Source: Vicinamibacterales bacterium
GTDB taxonomy: Bacteria > Acidobacteriota > Vicinamibacteria > Vicinamibacterales > UBA2999
Length of the DNA: 64,000 nt
Assembly (NCBI GenBank): GCA_050247255.1
Contig: JBFWUM010000001.1
Span: 30,653 to 94,652 of the forward strand
Direction of reading: 5' to 3'
The position numbers and the translations under genes are program-made. Each line of letters starts with the position of its first letter. Positions within the stretch are counted from its first letter, which is position 1. Positions 46,474 to 56,969 of the stretch are shown in pieces. The notes under the pieces were generated by a model. It had not been told where the DNA came from. It worked only from the letters and a program-made list of their open reading frames with translations, and searched no databases.

Positions 46474-48282
46474 TCTTCGGCTGGTGTGGCGCAGCGCCGG
46501 CGGCAGGCGCACAGGCGGCGACTCTGGCGGCGATGGCCGCCGCGCTGCAGGTCCACCCCGGGCAGCGCGTCCGGACATGCCTGCTACCAGGCCTCGCGCT
46601 CGGCGTGTTCGACATGCCACTGATGAGCGACGTCCTCGACGCCGCGGCCCCGGCGCAGAGCGCCGATGGCCGCCGCTACCTCTGGATGGCGGGCGAAGCG
46701 TTCGCGTGGCCCTCGCGCAGCCTGTCGGGGCCCATCGAAAGCCGCACGCCCGCGTTCCGCCGCCGCCTGCTCGCGGCGCTCGCCGAGGACGAGGGCGCCG
46801 TCCGCGATCTCGATGGCGAATACCAGGTGGCGGTGTGGGACGCCGCGTCTTCGACGCTGCGGCTCTGGGTCGATCGCTTCGCCTCACTGCCGCTGTACCT
46901 CGCGTCGACGGCGGCCGGCACGGCGTTCGCCGGGGGAGTGCGCGGCGTGCTCGCGGCACCTGGCGTGCCGCTCGAGCCTGATCCCCGGGCGCTCCGTGAG
47001 GCGGTGACCTTCGGCGGCTTCCGGCTCGGCAGCCGCACCAACGTCCGCGGCGTCCGCATGGCGGCGCCGGCCGCGCGCGTCACGATTCGCGACGGTGCGT
47101 GTGAGGAGTCGCGGTACTGGACGTGGCGCGAGCTCGACGCGCCGGCGGCGGGACGGCCGGTGACGATGGACGCGATGCGCGAGGGATGGTCCGCCGCCGT
47201 CAGCCGCCGGTTGGAGGGCAGCGCGCGTCCCGGCCTGGCGCTCAGCGGCGGGCTCGACAGCCGGGCCATTCTCGCGGAGGCGGTGCGCCAGGGACAGCGC
47301 CCCCCCAGCGCTGACCTACGGCGTCGCCGAGTGTGACGACGCGCGGTTCGCGTCCCGGGCCGCCGCGGCCGCCGGCGTGCGATGGGAGTTGTTCCCGCTC
47401 TTCGCGCCCGGGTGGTTCGAGCGGCGCCTCGCACACATCCTCCCCACCGATGGATTGATCGAGCTGGTCGACCTGATGCACCTGGAACCGGTACCGCAGA
47501 TGCCGGATCTGTTCGACGTCTACCTGAGCGGATTTCTCGGCGACGCGGTCAGCGGCAGCAGCCAGGATTACCTCCAGACGGCTGACGACGTCCTGCGGGC
47601 GCTGCCGTATTACGGGGCGCCCGTCAGCCTGCCGATCGACGAGGCGCGCGCATGCGCCGAGGAGTGCCTGGCGCGCGTCGCCGGGGCGCCGCGCTTCCTG
47701 CTCTACGACCACAAGTTTCCGCAGGCCATCAGCCGGACGACGGCGGGGGCGCGTCCGTTCGTGCGCGTCCGCCGGCCGTTCACCGACTATCAGTTCTTCT
47801 CGCTGGCCCAGCAGGTCGCTCCCGCGGAACGGGCGGCAAGCCGCTGGCACGAGCGGTGGCTCGTCTCGACCTATCCGTCGCTCTTCAGGCGGATCCCGAA
47901 TCAGCGGACCGGGGTCCCGGCGGGGTCGTCGCACCTGCGGTGGCGGACCGTGCGGATCGGCCGGTATGCCTGGCGGCGGCTGCTGGCGGGGGCGCGCGGC
48001 GCCGGCCTGCCGATCACCGTGCCGGTGCGTTCCTACCATCCCGACGAGACCTACTGGACGGGGGACGTCCGGTCCCGAATCGAAGCCGCGCTCCTCGCCC
48101 GAGGGTCGCTGTGCGGCGAGATCCTCGGGCGCGAGCGGGTGACACAGACCCTTCGCGCCTTCTTCGACAGGGGCGCCGCGCCGGTGCAGGTCATCGGCGC
48201 CATGTTCGTCTACGAGTACTATCACCGGCACATGCCGTCCGCCGTGGCTGACGCCAGGCGGGCCGCGGAGCTTGCATGCTGA
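46470..48282 (+). pseudogene. AsnB-like gene with the same C7 frameshift (copy 2)
   Basis: Same as 1590-3402; C7 at 47300-47306. Confidence 0.8.
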
Positions 48283-49682
48283 TTGTCGCCGCCGCCGCGT
48301 CGGTCGCCGCGCTCTACGGGGTCGGCCACTGGATCGCCGGCCTGTCGGTAGTCGTCCTGTTCCTGGTCTGGGTGCTGGTAAAGCCGCCGGAAGGGCCCCC
48401 CATCCTCGGCCTGGCCCTGACCTTCCAGTGGACGCAGGTGACCTGCGGCATGTTCTACACCGCGCTCACCGGCGACGAACTCCGCGCATTCAGCACCCGC
48501 TGGGACGACATGATGCTGATCGGCCTTGGCTGTGTGCTCGTGATTGCGCTTGGCGCGCGGCTGGGCATGGGGATCGGCGCGCGGTGGGTGACCCCGGAGC
48601 CGGCCGCGCCCCCAGCGATGTTCTCCGACCGGACGCTCTACGCCGCCTACGCCGGTTCGATCGCCGCGACCGGCGTGATGCAGGAGATCGCCTGGCAGTA
48701 TCCAATCTTCACGCAGGCGATCCTGGCGCTGAACTATTCGCACCTGGCGCTCACCTACCTGATGCTGCGCAGCGTCGCGATCCCCCAGTTCAAGGCGCCG
48801 CTGTTCGCCGCGGTGATCTCCTTCGAGGTCGCGCTCGGCTTTACCGGCTACTTCGCCGGTTTCCGGGAGCCGCTGATCATGGGGGCGATCATCATCGTCG
48901 AGATCTTCAACACCCGGGACGTCCGACACTGGCTGCTGATGACCGGACTGTTCGTCGTGCTCACGCTGTCGAGCGTCATGTGGATCTCGGTGCGTGACCA
49001 GTACCGATCGGATTTCGACGACGAGCTGGTCGAGTCGTCGCGTCTGGAGCGCCTGGAGCGCATGCAGACGCTGGCGGAGGGCTCGGCGCTGACCGACACG
49101 TTCCGCTTCCGCCAATCGGTGGCGGAGCTCGCCGATCGCATGTGGACGATCTACTACCCGGCGCTGGCGCTCGACCGCGTCCCTGCCGCGCTGCCGCATA
49201 CCGACGGCACGATCATCGGCTCGGCCCTGCGGCACCTGGTGACCCCGCGGTTCCTGTTCCCCAACAAGGGCGAGCTGCCATCCGACAGCGAGATGGTGCG
49301 CCGGTATTCAGGCGTCCAGGTGGCCGGCGCCGACGAAGGCACGAGCATCGCCTTCGGCTATGCCGCGGAAGCCTACGTCGATTTCGGCGTGCCGCTGATG
49401 TTCGTGCCGGTACTGCTCTACGGCATCTTCATCGGCATCGCCTATTGGAGCTGCCTGTTCGTCCTCAAGCACCGCGACATTGCCGTCGCCGTGACGTGCG
49501 TCATCTTCTGGCTCACGGTCTACCTGTTCGAGCGCTCGTGGGTGAAGACCCTCGGGCTCAACCTGACGCTGCTCGTCTACCTCGGAGGCCTGACCTTCCT
49601 CGTCGATCGGTTCATGCTGGCGCCGCCCGCCGAGGACGTCGGCGATGTCCCGGCTGGCGCCAGCGGCGCCCACGGACACTGA
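48276..49682 (+). CDS. Wzy-like membrane protein (copy 2)
   Basis: Same as 3396-4802. Confidence 0.6.
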   Translation: MLIVAAAASVAALYGVGHWIAGLSVVVLFLVWVLVKPPEGPPILGLALTFQWTQVTCGMFYTALTGDELRAFSTRWDDMMLIGLGCVLVIALGARLGMGIGARWVTPEPAAPPAMFSDRTLYAAYAGSIAATGVMQEIAWQYPIFTQAILALNYSHLALTYLMLRSVAIPQFKAPLFAAVISFEVALGFTGYFAGFREPLIMGAIIIVEIFNTRDVRHWLLMTGLFVVLTLSSVMWISVRDQYRSDFDDELVESSRLERLERMQTLAEGSALTDTFRFRQSVAELADRMWTIYYPALALDRVPAALPHTDGTIIGSALRHLVTPRFLFPNKGELPSDSEMVRRYSGVQVAGADEGTSIAFGYAAEAYVDFGVPLMFVPVLLYGIFIGIAYWSCLFVLKHRDIAVAVTCVIFWLTVYLFERSWVKTLGLNLTLLVYLGGLTFLVDRFMLAPPAEDVGDVPAGASGAHGH

Positions 49683-50843
49683 GTGCGCGTCGTCCACGTG
49701 TGCGCGTACTTCGCCCCGGCGTTCGCCTATGGCGGCCCGCCCCGCTCGCTGCTGCGGCTGGCGCAGGCGCAACAGCAGCAGGGGCTGGCGGTACAGGTCG
49801 TCACGACCACGGCGAACGGCCGCGTCAACCTCGACGCGGCGGCTGCAGCCGCCGATCGCTTCGAAGGGGTGCCGGTGACCTACTGCCACCGCGCCCGGCC
49901 CCGGTGGCTGTTCCATTCGCCTGCGCTGCGTGGAGCGCTGTCCCGGGCCTTGAACGGCGCCGACATCCTGCACATCCACGGACTCTGGAACGCCGCGGTG
50001 TGGGGCGCGCATGCGGTCGCGTCCGCGCGGCGAGCACGCTACGTCCTGTCACCTCGCGGCATGCTCGCGCCGCAGGCGCTGGCGCACGATCGGTGGCGGA
50101 AGGCGGCCGCCTACCAGTTGTTCGATCGGCGCGTGCTTCGTGATGCGACGGTGCTTCACGCGACCTCCGAGCAGGAAGGCGACACGCTGGCCCGGCGCTG
50201 CGGGCGCGAACGCGTGGTGATGGTACCCAATGGCGTCGACCTGCCAACCGCCGTCGGCGGGGCGCCGGAGGTGCGTGCCCGCTTCGGCCTGCCGCCGGAC
50301 GCTCCCCTCATCCTCTTCCTGGGCCGGATTCACCCGTTGAAGCGCCTCGACCTCCTGGCCGGCGCGTTCCTGGCGCTGCGCGCGGCGCATCAGCGGGCCC
50401 ATCTCGTCGTCGCCGGGCCCGATGAAACGGGCCTGCGCGCCGGCCTGGAGCAGCAGCTCGCCCCGGTCGCCGGCGCCGTCACCTGGACGGGGCGGGTGGA
50501 CGAGGCCGAGAAGTGGGACCTGCTGTCGGAAGCGGCCGTGCTCGTGCTCTGTTCGGACTCCGAGAGTTTCGGCCTGAGCGTTGCCGAAGCGCTGGCGGCG
50601 GCGCGGCCGGTCGTCGTCACCCGGACCTGCCCGTGGTCGAGCGTGGAGGCGTCCGGCGCGGGCTTCTGGGTCGAGCAGCGCGCGGAGGCGATTGCCGCGG
50701 CCCTCGGCCGCGTGCTCGCCGACCCGGCCGCTGCGAAGGAGATGGGGGAGCGTGGACGGAGGCTCATCGCCGCCGACTACTCGTGGGACAGCGCCGCCCG
50801 CCGGCTGACCGCCGTCTACGAGACGGCGCTCGCGGCGGCATGA
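49683..50843 (+). CDS. GT4 glycosyltransferase (copy 2)
   Basis: Same as 4803-5963. Confidence 0.9.
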   Translation: MRVVHVCAYFAPAFAYGGPPRSLLRLAQAQQQQGLAVQVVTTTANGRVNLDAAAAAADRFEGVPVTYCHRARPRWLFHSPALRGALSRALNGADILHIHGLWNAAVWGAHAVASARRARYVLSPRGMLAPQALAHDRWRKAAAYQLFDRRVLRDATVLHATSEQEGDTLARRCGRERVVMVPNGVDLPTAVGGAPEVRARFGLPPDAPLILFLGRIHPLKRLDLLAGAFLALRAAHQRAHLVVAGPDETGLRAGLEQQLAPVAGAVTWTGRVDEAEKWDLLSEAAVLVLCSDSESFGLSVAEALAAARPVVVTRTCPWSSVEASGAGFWVEQRAEAIAAALGRVLADPAAAKEMGERGRRLIAADYSWDSAARRLTAVYETALAAA

Positions 50844-51919
50844 CGACACCGTCGCGCGTGGTCGTTCTGACGCCCGTCGTCGGTGGCCGTGACGGTCTGT
50901 CCGAACTTAGCCGCCAGGTGATCACGGCGAGCGCCGGGGAGGGCGTCCCGGTGACCGTGCTGGCACTCGCCGGGGCTGCGCACTTTTCGCATCCGGCCGC
51001 GTCGATCGAGCTCGTGTCGGCGCGCGGGCATCGCGCCCGGCTCGTCCGCCATGTCGCCGTCGACAGCTTGCACTGGGGACGGGGCACCCGGGTGATCGTC
51101 ATGCATGCCAACCTGCTGCCGCTCGTCCTGCCCGCGACGCTCGGCCGGAGCGAGATCGTCGCCGTACTGGTCGGCATCGAAGCGTGGCGCCCTCTGTCGG
51201 TCCTCGAGCGCTCGGCGCTGCGACGCGTTCAGACGGTAGTGGCGATCTCGGCGCATACAGCGTCAGGGTTCGCGGCCGCCAATCCTGCATTCGCGACGTC
51301 GACCGTGCGGATCTGCCATCCGGCGGTACCTGAACTGGTGCCGCCGCTCCCTGCTGACCGCGCGCCCGGCTACGCGCTGATGGTCGGGCGGATGTGGTCG
51401 GCGGAGCGCTACAAGGGCCACGACCGCGTGCTGGAGGCGTGGCCGGCGGTGCTGGCATCGCACCCGGGCGCTCGCCTGGTGGTCGCGGGCGATGGCGACG
51501 ATCGGCCGCGGCTGATGGCAAGAGCCGCGGCGCTGGGGGTGGCGCCGGCGGTCGATTTCGTCGGTGCCGTCGATGATGCCCGGCTGGCGGCGCTCTATCG
51601 CGACTGTGCCTTCTTCGTGATGCCGAGCCGCGACGAGGGATTCGGGCTGGTCTATCTCGAGGCCATGCGCACCGGTCACGCATGTATCGCCAGCCCGGGA
51701 GCGGCGGCCGAGTTCATCACCCACGGCGTCAATGGCTGGCTCGTCGACCCCGGCGATGTCGCCGCCATAGCCGGCGCCTGCGTGCGGTTCCTGCAGGATC
51801 CGACGCTCACGGCCAGACTCGGACCGGCCGCCGCCGCCACGGTGTGTCGCGACTATCAGTTCGAGCAGTTTGCGGCGCGGTGGCGCCAGGCACTGGCAGG
51901 GTTGCCGGCACCATGCTGA
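50840..51919 (+). CDS. GT4 glycosyltransferase (copy 2)
   Basis: Same as 5960-7039. Confidence 0.9.
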   Translation: MTTPSRVVVLTPVVGGRDGLSELSRQVITASAGEGVPVTVLALAGAAHFSHPAASIELVSARGHRARLVRHVAVDSLHWGRGTRVIVMHANLLPLVLPATLGRSEIVAVLVGIEAWRPLSVLERSALRRVQTVVAISAHTASGFAAANPAFATSTVRICHPAVPELVPPLPADRAPGYALMVGRMWSAERYKGHDRVLEAWPAVLASHPGARLVVAGDGDDRPRLMARAAALGVAPAVDFVGAVDDARLAALYRDCAFFVMPSRDEGFGLVYLEAMRTGHACIASPGAAAEFITHGVNGWLVDPGDVAAIAGACVRFLQDPTLTARLGPAAAATVCRDYQFEQFAARWRQALAGLPAPC

Positions 51920-53667
51920 TCCTCGGCCTGAACGCCTATCACGGTGACGTGTCGGCCGTCTTGTTACGCGATGGCCAGCTGATCGCCGCCCTCGAAGAAG
52001 AGCGGTTCGTCCGCGTCAAGCACGTCTCCGGCGTCCCGGCCGCGGCGATGCGCGCCTGTCTGGAGATGGGGGGAGTCGCCGCCGGCCGGATCGATGCCTT
52101 CGCGGTGTCACGCGACCCGCGGGCGCATCTCTGGCGGAAGGCGCTGTTTGCGGCGACCCGTGCGCCGCGCCTGTCCATGATCCGCGACCGCGCGGCGAAC
52201 GCCCTGTCGGTGTCCCGCCTCCCGGGCGACATCGGCGCGGCGCTCGGCCTCGACGATCGTGACGTCGCCAGGCGGCTCCATCATGTCGAACACCACCGGG
52301 CCCACCTGGCGAGCACGTTCTTCGCCAGTCCGTTCGACGAGGCGGCCGTGTGCGCCGTCGACGGATTCGGCGACTTCGTCAGCACGTCGAGCGGCCACGG
52401 CGAGGGGACCCGGCTGACAATCGACAACCGGGTGTTCTTCCCGCATTCGCTCGGCATGCTGTACCTCGCCGTCACCCAGTTCCTCGGCTTTCCCAACTAC
52501 GGGGATGAGTTCAAGGTCATGGGGCTGGCGCCGTACGGCTCGCCCGATTACGTCCGCGAGCTGCGACAACTGGTCAACGTTGACGCCAGTGGCCAGGTCC
52601 GGCTCGACCTGCGCTACTTCAGCCACTGGAACGGCGGCGTGACGATGACGTGGGCGGGCGGCGCGCCGGCGATGGGCCCGGTCTTCACGCCCGCGCTTGG
52701 TGCGCTGCTCGGGGCGCCGAGACAGCCTGGTGAGCCGCTCGAGCCGCGCCACGAGGCCATCGCGGCGTCGCTGCAGGTCGTGCACGAGGAGGCGGTGTTC
52801 GCGATCCTTCGCGCGCTGCATCGGCGGCGGCCGACACCGCGCCTCTGTCTGGCCGGCGGGTGCGCGATGAACAGCGTCGCCAACGGCAAGATCCGGGCGC
52901 AAACCCCGTTCGAGGAGCTGTACATCCAGCCGGCATCTGGCGATAACGGCACCGCACTGGGGGCGGCCCTTCACGTCTGGCATGAGCGCGGCGGCCGCAA
53001 GCGGCTGCGGATGGAGCACGGCTACTGGGGCCCGGAATTCGCCGACGCCGATGTCGACGCCGCGCTCGACGGCCGCAACGCAGAGATCGCCGCTCGGAGC
53101 ATCCGGCGCGCTTCGACGACGGATGTCGACGCGCTCTGCGACTGGGCCGCCGGCCGCATCGCCGGGGGGCTGGTCGTCGGCTGGTTCCAGGGACGCATGG
53201 AGTGGGGCGCGCGCGCCCTCGGCAACCGCAGCATCGTCGCCGATCCGCGGCGGCGGGACATGCGCGACATCATCAACGCCCGGATCAAGTTCCGCGAGAA
53301 GTTTCGGCCGTTCGCGCCGTCGGTGCTCGAAGAGGCGGTGCACGACTACTTCGTCGACGCCTGCCTCGATCCCTTCATGATCCAGGTGTACCCGGTGCGT
53401 CCCGACAAACGGGACGTCATTCCCGCGGTCACCCATGTCGACGGTTCGGGACGGCTGCAGACCGTCTCACGGGCGCACAATCCCCGCTACTGGGGGCTCA
53501 TCGATGCGTTTCGCCGCATCACCGGCGTTCCGGTCCTGCTGAATACCTCCTTCAACGAGAACGAGCCGATCGTGCTGACGCCGGCGGAGGCGCTCGACTG
53601 CTTCCTGCGCACCGACATGGACGTGCTGGTGATGGGAACCCGGACCCTCGAGAAGGCGCCGCGCTGA
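51913..53667 (+). CDS. Carbamoyltransferase (copy 2)
   Basis: Same as 7033-8787. Confidence 0.95.
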   Translation: MLILGLNAYHGDVSAVLLRDGQLIAALEEERFVRVKHVSGVPAAAMRACLEMGGVAAGRIDAFAVSRDPRAHLWRKALFAATRAPRLSMIRDRAANALSVSRLPGDIGAALGLDDRDVARRLHHVEHHRAHLASTFFASPFDEAAVCAVDGFGDFVSTSSGHGEGTRLTIDNRVFFPHSLGMLYLAVTQFLGFPNYGDEFKVMGLAPYGSPDYVRELRQLVNVDASGQVRLDLRYFSHWNGGVTMTWAGGAPAMGPVFTPALGALLGAPRQPGEPLEPRHEAIAASLQVVHEEAVFAILRALHRRRPTPRLCLAGGCAMNSVANGKIRAQTPFEELYIQPASGDNGTALGAALHVWHERGGRKRLRMEHGYWGPEFADADVDAALDGRNAEIAARSIRRASTTDVDALCDWAAGRIAGGLVVGWFQGRMEWGARALGNRSIVADPRRRDMRDIINARIKFREKFRPFAPSVLEEAVHDYFVDACLDPFMIQVYPVRPDKRDVIPAVTHVDGSGRLQTVSRAHNPRYWGLIDAFRRITGVPVLLNTSFNENEPIVLTPAEALDCFLRTDMDVLVMGTRTLEKAPR

Positions 53668-53670
53668 GCC

Positions 53671-54876
53671 GTGCACGTCTGCTTCTTCAACCGCGCCTAC
53701 TGGCCGGACCTCTCGGCCACCGGGCAGCTGCTCACCGAGATGGCCGAAGGGCTGGCCGCCCGCCACGGCTGGACGGTCACGGTCGTCACCGGTTATCCCC
53801 TGCGCACCGACGTCAGACCGTCTTCGCGCGAAGCGCGCAACGGCGTGACGATCGTGCGCGCCGCGGGCACGACGTTCTCGCCGCGCCGCTTTGCCGGCCG
53901 CGCGTCGAACTATGTCTCGTACTTCGGCTCGGCGGCGCTGCGTGGACTGACGGTACGCCGCCCCGACGTCGTCGTGGCGATGACCGACCCGCCGATCATC
54001 GGCCTTGCGGCGCTGGCGCTGGCGCGACGCGCCGGGGCGCCGTTCGTGTCCTGGTGCCAGGACATCTTTCCCGAGGTCGCCGTCCTGCTCGAGGACTTCC
54101 AGAGCAGCGCGGTGAACCGCGCCCTCAGCGCCGTCAATCGCTTTCAGTTGTCGCAGGCGGCCGCGATCGTGGCGCTCGGCGAGACGATGAAGCACCGGCT
54201 GGTTACCGGCAAGGGCGCCGATCCGCAGCGCATCCACATCGTCGACAACTGGGCCGACTGCTCACAGATCACGCCGGGTGATCGCGTGACGTCCTGGGCC
54301 GAGGCGCAGGGGCTGGCCGACCGGTTCGTCGTGCTGCACGCGGGCAACCTGGGGCTGTCGCAGGACCTCGACAACCTGATGCATGCCGCGGCCCGGCTGC
54401 GCCGCCGGCCCGACATCCTGTTTCTATTCGTCGGTGGCGGCGTTCGCGAATCGGCGTTGCGAGCGCAGGCCGAGTCGCTGGGCCTCGACAACGTGCGCTT
54501 CGTGCCGCACCAGCCGAAGGACGCCATGCCGCCGTGGTATGCCGCATCGGACGTGTCGCTGATTTCGCTGCGGCGCGGCCTGGCCGGCGTCATCGTCCCG
54601 AGCAAGACCTACAGCGCGCTGGCCGCCGGCCGGGCCTGCATCGCCGCGGTCGAGCCGGAGTGTGAAGTGGCGGGGCTCGTGACCGCGGCGGCGTGCGGCC
54701 TCGTGGTGGCGCCGGGCGATCCGGACGCGCTGGCCAGGGCCATCGAGTCGCTGGCCGACGATCGTCCGCGCGCGGCGGCGATGGGGCGTCGGGCCCGCGC
54801 CGCCGCGCTGCAGTTCGACCTGCCGCGGCAGGTCGCCCGGTTCGACGCCGTGCTGCGGAGTGTCGCCAGACGGTGA
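53671..54876 (+). CDS. GT4 glycosyltransferase, WbuB-like (copy 2)
   Basis: Same as 8791-9996. Confidence 0.88.
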   Translation: MHVCFFNRAYWPDLSATGQLLTEMAEGLAARHGWTVTVVTGYPLRTDVRPSSREARNGVTIVRAAGTTFSPRRFAGRASNYVSYFGSAALRGLTVRRPDVVVAMTDPPIIGLAALALARRAGAPFVSWCQDIFPEVAVLLEDFQSSAVNRALSAVNRFQLSQAAAIVALGETMKHRLVTGKGADPQRIHIVDNWADCSQITPGDRVTSWAEAQGLADRFVVLHAGNLGLSQDLDNLMHAAARLRRRPDILFLFVGGGVRESALRAQAESLGLDNVRFVPHQPKDAMPPWYAASDVSLISLRRGLAGVIVPSKTYSALAAGRACIAAVEPECEVAGLVTAAACGLVVAPGDPDALARAIESLADDRPRAAAMGRRARAAALQFDLPRQVARFDAVLRSVARR

Positions 54877-55475
54877 GCAAGCGGCTGCTCGACATCGTGC
54901 TCTCGGCCGCGGGTCTGATCCTGCTGTCGCCGCTCTGGCTGGCCATTGCCGCCGCGATCAAGGCCGGCGATGGCGGCCCGGTGCTCTTCCGGCAGCCGCG
55001 CGTCGGGCGCGACGGACGCCCGTTTGTCGCCTACAAGTTCCGGTCGATGGTGCCCGATGCGGCGCGGCTGCCGCCGCGCCAGGCCACCGCGGACGATCCG
55101 CGAGTGACGCCGGTCGGCCGCCTGCTCCGGGCGACGGCGCTCGACGAGCTGCCGCAGTTGGTGAACATCCTCCGCGGCGACATGAGCGTTGTCGGGCCCC
55201 GCCCCTTGATGCCGGGCGAGATCGAGGTCCGCGGCACCGGGGAGGTCACCGCGCTGGCGGAGGTGCCGGGCTACGCCGCGCGCCATCAGGTCCGCCCCGG
55301 ACTGACCGGCCTGTCGCAGGTCTATGCGCCACGGGACGCGCTGCGCGCCCGCAAGTTCCGACTCGATGCGCTCTACGTTCGACGACAGACGCTCTGTTTC
55401 GACCTGTATTTGATCCTCATGTCTTTCTGGATTACCGCGCGCGGTCGATGGGAAACGCGCGAACGCAAGTTCTGA
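54873..55475 (+). CDS. Priming sugar transferase (copy 2)
   Basis: Same as 9993-10595. Confidence 0.93.
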   Translation: MSKRLLDIVLSAAGLILLSPLWLAIAAAIKAGDGGPVLFRQPRVGRDGRPFVAYKFRSMVPDAARLPPRQATADDPRVTPVGRLLRATALDELPQLVNILRGDMSVVGPRPLMPGEIEVRGTGEVTALAEVPGYAARHQVRPGLTGLSQVYAPRDALRARKFRLDALYVRRQTLCFDLYLILMSFWITARGRWETRERKF

Positions 55476-55521
55476 TCGGCCGGCCGTTATAATGTCCGGG
55501 CCGGCCCGGCTGGCAGCGTCG

Positions 55522-56682
55522 ATGCTGGATGTCGCAATCATTGGAGGCGGGCCCGGAGGCCTGTACACCGGCCTGCAGCTTGCCGAGGCCGGGTACCGCG
55601 TTGCCGTGTTCGAAGAACACGACGGCATTGGACAGCCCGTCCATTGTACCGGGGTGCTCGCCGGCGAGGCGTTCGCCGAGTTCGGCCTGCCTCAATCGTG
55701 CGTGCTCAACGAGCTGGCGACAGCACGCTTCTTTGGTCCCGGCGGCGCCGAGTTGTCGTACACCACGCCGCGTACGGAAGCGATCGTCGTCGATCGAGCG
55801 GCGCTCGACCGCTCGCTGGCGGAACGTGCCACCGCGGCGGGCGTCGAACTGCACCTCGGCGCGCGCGTCATCGGCGTCGAGCGCGAATCGCGGTGCATGG
55901 TGGTCCAGCGCGCCAGCGAGCGTGTCCAGGCGCGGGCCGTCGTCCTGGCGTGCGGCGCCAGCTACGGGCTGCAGCGCCGGCTCGGGCTCGGCATGCCGCC
56001 GGTCTCGCTGAACTCTGCGCAGCTCGAACTCCCGGCCTCCCGCAGCGGCGACGTCGAGGTCTACTTCGGCGCCGACGTCGCGCCGCGCGGTTTCGCCTGG
56101 ACGGTGCCCGTGATGCGCCCTGCCGGCCACTTCGTGCGGGTCGGGTTGATGGGGCATGGGGACCCGTCGGCCAGCTTCAGGCGCTTCTTCGAGCGGATGG
56201 CCCCGTCGTGGGGCATTCCGCTGGCGGACCCGCCGGAGCCCCGGAAGCGTTTCCTCCCGCTGGCGTCGTTGCCGCGCACGTTCGGCGATCGGCTCCTGGC
56301 CGTCGGCGATGCCGCTGGCCTGGTGAAGCCGACGACCGGGGGCGGCATCTATTACAGCCTGGTGAGCGCGCGGCTGGCCGCCGAGACGCTGGCGCCGGCG
56401 CTGGCAGCCGATCGCCTCGATGCGCGGACGCTGTCGACGTTCCAGGATCGGTGGCGGCAGCGGCTCGGGCCTGAGCTGCGCGCCCAGCTGGCCCTTCGCA
56501 TGCTGGCGCAGCGCCTGTCAGACGATGAAATCGATAGCCTGTTCGAGCTGGCGCGGACCAATGGCGTCATGCCGCTCATCCACCGGGCCGCCCAGTTCAA
56601 CCAGCACCGCCACCTGATCGCCGAGCTGTTCCGGCACATCCCGGCGCGCCGGCTCCTGTTCCGCAGGCTGCTGCCGGTATGA
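55522..56682 (+). CDS. Geranylgeranyl reductase-family oxidoreductase (copy 2)
   Basis: Same as 10642-11802. Confidence 0.88.
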   Translation: MLDVAIIGGGPGGLYTGLQLAEAGYRVAVFEEHDGIGQPVHCTGVLAGEAFAEFGLPQSCVLNELATARFFGPGGAELSYTTPRTEAIVVDRAALDRSLAERATAAGVELHLGARVIGVERESRCMVVQRASERVQARAVVLACGASYGLQRRLGLGMPPVSLNSAQLELPASRSGDVEVYFGADVAPRGFAWTVPVMRPAGHFVRVGLMGHGDPSASFRRFFERMAPSWGIPLADPPEPRKRFLPLASLPRTFGDRLLAVGDAAGLVKPTTGGGIYYSLVSARLAAETLAPALAADRLDARTLSTFQDRWRQRLGPELRAQLALRMLAQRLSDDEIDSLFELARTNGVMPLIHRAAQFNQHRHLIAELFRHIPARRLLFRRLLPV

Positions 56683-56969
56683 GCCCGGTTCACCGCGACG
56701 CGCGGCTCCGGGTCCCCGATGACGTCGTCTTCCGCGAGATCGCGGGCGAGTCGATGATCCTCCACCTCGGGTCCGGCATCTATTTCGGCCTCGATGGCGT
56801 CGGCACGCGCGCCTGGCAATTGCTGGCCGAGCACGGATCGATCGAGGGGGTCGTCTCGGCGATGGCCACCGAGTTCGATGCCGACGCCTCGACCATTTCC
56901 GCGGACGTGACCGCCCTGGTCAACGAACTCCTCCGCAAGCACCTCCTCGAGATCACACCCGACCCGTGA
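56679..56969 (+). CDS. PqqD/RRE protein (copy 2)
   Basis: Same as 11799-12089. Confidence 0.93.
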   Translation: MSPVHRDARLRVPDDVVFREIAGESMILHLGSGIYFGLDGVGTRAWQLLAEHGSIEGVVSAMATEFDADASTISADVTALVNELLRKHLLEITPDP

